Source: Bugula neritina (taxonomy: Eukaryota; Animalia; Bryozoa). From it: a stretch of 64,000 nt of DNA. Position numbers and translations under genes: made by a program. The notes beneath the pieces were generated by a model that saw only the letters and a list, made by a program, of their open reading frames with translations, was not told the DNA's origin and made no database searches. The stretch lies in NCBI GenBank assembly GCA_964035545.1, contig OZ037771.1, positions 12,647,133-12,711,132 of the forward strand. Direction: 5' to 3'. Positions 60,876 through 64,000 of this stretch are shown here, piece by piece (position 1 is the first letter of the stretch; each line of letters starts with the position of its first letter).

Positions 60876-63698
60876 ATGGTGGTAATGAAGAAATCTACCC
60901 TGAGCATGGCAGATGTTCTTCAAGAGTATGACCAGCTTCGAGGTGAGTCTTACAGTTACTCTTACACTTACAGTCCTACTCTTTAACTTTTTACTTTTTA
61001 GTTTTTATTTTAGCCTTTAGGTCTGTGTTTCAAGGCATTATCGAAATAATAAAGTAAAATAGTGATTTCAAATTGTCACTATGATTATTAGCACTACGTC
61101 AAAGTTTTTGTGAAAGCTGCAAGAATATAAATATCATTCTTCATTATGATTATGATTATGATTATAATAGTAATATTAGTTGGTTGTTTTAATTTACTTG
61201 TAGTTACTCTATGGCTAACAATTGCAATAACTAGTACTAGTACTAGTAGTGTTAGTAGTATTAATATTAAGTCAAATAATTTAAAACAGAAACTCACATT
61301 TAAAAATGAAACTGATAGCAGACCCATTTGTTTCAGAATGTAGTTTCATTCTTTGCCTTTGCTTTGACAATTAGTTTTAGTAAGTTATATCAAAATACTA
61401 TTAACTAGTACTATGGATTTTTGATTTATATATTGATTTTAATTTATTTTCTCATGTAGTGTGAAAATAAAATTAGAATTGAACAGGTATATAATTTTCA
61501 ATAAAATTAAATAGAAAATCTATCAGTTTCAGTTGAGTTTTTATGAGGTATGTAATAGCAACATGTTTGTGTTATAAATAGTGAAATACAAATCAAGAGG
61601 TACTGTTGCTGTTAGTATTTGAGTAAGTGCAAATTTTTATTTAAAGTTGAACGAAATATTGCTGCTAGTATTATATTGATGAATGGTTTTAATCAAATTT
61701 AGTAGGTAAATTTAAGGTTAACATTGGTCATACTGCTCAGCCTTTATGATTAACTTGAAGTTGGCAGCACTTCAATTGATGCCAATAACAGCTCATATAC
61801 ACTAAAAGGCAGCTTGCTTATTATTTTTTATGCTTCAAATAATACACAGTTATATAACTATTTAAGTTTTTATAGTTTCTTTTTTCAGTTCCTTAACCGC
61901 CTTCATCTCTACTAACAAATATAAATATAATAATTATAATTACAATATATACTTGAACATCAAACTATAATTTATAAAACAATTCATTCAGTATTTCTGA
62001 TCCTGGAGTTAAATGAAGATACATTTAGAAACATGTCTAAAATCCTATCCATAACGCAATAATGAATCATTACTTTAATATCAAAGCTTCCAACTCTGGC
62101 TTTACACCCATATCACAGTTCTTGATAAAACTGCTAGGAAACAGGTCATGTTTAACAGGACAAGCGCTTTATTTGTTTTTGCATTTTTATGACTGAGAAT
62201 ATATTTTTGAGAATATCTGGGTTTTTTCTCTTACCACTCATGAAAGTTAAAACTTGAAATTTTTATTCAAATCAGTTAGATTACTATTCGAATCACTAGA
62301 TGAGTCATTCAACATTGGAAAGAAATTTTTGAAATAATAAACTTAACTGAGGGGAACAGTGAAAGCGGCTTAGCTTTTTTGAAATTGCTTTGATCGGGCA
62401 ACTTTTTATCTAGTTTTCCTGGCTTTTTTGGAAGGAGGGGGTAATAAAAAGTACCTGGATTTTTTTAGGACAGGTTCTTTAGTCTAGTCAGACCGACCGA
62501 AATGGACTGTTTTGGCTAAACTTTAGGAAATACTTCACATTTTTGTGGACAAGCTAGTTGACAATTGTTTGGATAAGGCAGCGTTGACTGCTAGACAGTT
62601 GAGTTCCAGCCAATATTTTATGAGGCTGCTTATAATAATTATGTCTGCATAAACAGAACAAAAAAAGGTTCATTAATTGGAGCAGCTAACCATTAACCTT
62701 CCTGTCGGGTTAAAAATAGCTGTCCTTAGAGTTGCAGGACCCTTTGAGTTTCATATAAACAGTTTTTGGTCAACTGAAATGTAAACAATGCCCTTCATAG
62801 TAAGAAGGATAATGGCCTCTCATTTATCGATATCTCAGTTGAAACTCGGTTATCCAGGCACTTGCTATTTGTTAGAGACAATAACAAACCGGTTTTTATA
62901 GAAAGCAATTCATTACATTGTGTCCGAAAGCAGTGGGTGTGTTTTTATTACCAGAGATGATTGCACATTTCATATATACAAAGAATAAAATTAATTAATG
63001 CTTTAAAGTTTAGCACATAAATTATAGATTATAAATTATAGCCATATTGTAATAAATTGCTTTCCAGTTTTCAATGTTACTTCCATATCTTTCTGATGAA
63101 TGGTTGATACTCCCATGCCTATCTAGTTATTTATACCCTATTTTTTTCAGGTAGTATACCATATAGGTCTATTTTCAGTAAATTTGCAGTTTTACGGTGA
63201 ATAGGTTGCCAGAAATTCTGTCCTGGTAGGTAGATTAGTTTTCAAGAGAGGCTGAAAGCTAATAGTTTTACGCACCATGCCTACCTACCACTGTTTCGTT
63301 GATAGTTGTGTTACTGAAACCAATTTTTTGAGTTCAAAAGCATTTATTGTCAACAACTGTGGATTTTGCCAGTTACTGATTTGTTGTTTAACTATTTTGA
63401 AGCAGTTTAAACTTCTGGAGATTAGTTGTGATAATATTATTTTGTCAAAACAATATAATCACAATTCTGTTTGAATAGGAATGTATTTTGTGTTCCAGAA
63501 AGTGTATAGTGTGTGTGTTTGTAGAGGGGCATGCTACTACTGCTGCATTCTGGGACGTTGTGGTGCTAACCACATCCGATGCCGCCCAGCAGCAGGTGTA
63601 TGAGCTGGCCATTAACAACAAGCTTAAACTGAAGGAGCTGCCAACCAGTGCCAGATACCATGTCATCCACGACCCACCCGGTGCAAAGATCGGTTCAG
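60876..63698 (+). CDS. FPGT: Fucose-1-phosphate guanylyltransferase, first two coding exons (continues beyond the window)
   Basis: Exon 60876-60942 (MVVMKK...EYDQLR) and exon 63525-~63698, which reads FWDVVVLTTSDAAQQQVYE...KELPTSARYHVIHDPPGAKIG and matches the FPGT N-terminus. Confidence 0.88.
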
Positions 63699-63709
63699 GT
63701 TAGCTCTTA

Positions 63710-63805
63710 GACCACAGGCTATGTCCGACAGTGACCACAGGCTATGTCCGACAGTGACCACAGGCTATGTCCGACAGTGACCACAGGCTAAGTCCGACAG
63801 TGACC
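63710..63805. repeat. 23-bp tandem repeat (GACCACAGGCTATGTCCGACAGT)
   Basis: 4 copies just downstream of an FPGT donor. Confidence 0.9.
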
Positions 63806-64000
63806 ATTGCCATGAGGTCAGGTTGTAGGGCGTAGGCTGTGGGTTATTTATGAGTGATTCTGTTGTGACATGAGCTATGTGACACATGAGGAAACTGTGT
63901 TAGGTTATAGTAGATATAGTAGACACTGGCATGGCTTCATGCACCACTCATTAATCACCTTTCAAAATGTCTTCCCTAGTCAAGCTTCACTAATATTCTC

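Overview
AT-rich, intron-rich animal (invertebrate) genomic DNA, not prokaryotic. The taxon cannot be fixed from the sequence alone. I assembled spliced gene models by hand from GT-AG boundaries and codon phase. In order: the 3' part of PFAS (FGAM synthase, +), a DP/TFDP E2F partner (+), a CatSper4-type sperm Ca2+ channel subunit (+), PGAP2 (-), an ankyrin-repeat/death-domain protein (+), two GPI-anchored Ly6/quiver-like genes (+), a 10-exon ~922-aa gene (-), and the first two exons of FPGT (+). The best candidate for something undescribed is the 10-exon gene (50296-58523). Its N-terminus is split over three tiny exons that the ORF track never translates in the right frame. It reads like an Scm3/HJURP CENP-A-chaperone domain, followed by a long basic S/T-P-x-R repeat, and an E2F site with an adjacent CHR-type motif lies upstream. 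Repeats include a decayed Academ-type transposon inside a minisatellite, several MITEs (one inserted without a TSD), a 5.3-kb TA-flanked TIR segment, seven copies of a tRNA-Thr(AGT)-derived SINE, and many intronic minisatellites. Family assignments rest on motifs recalled from memory; no searches were run.
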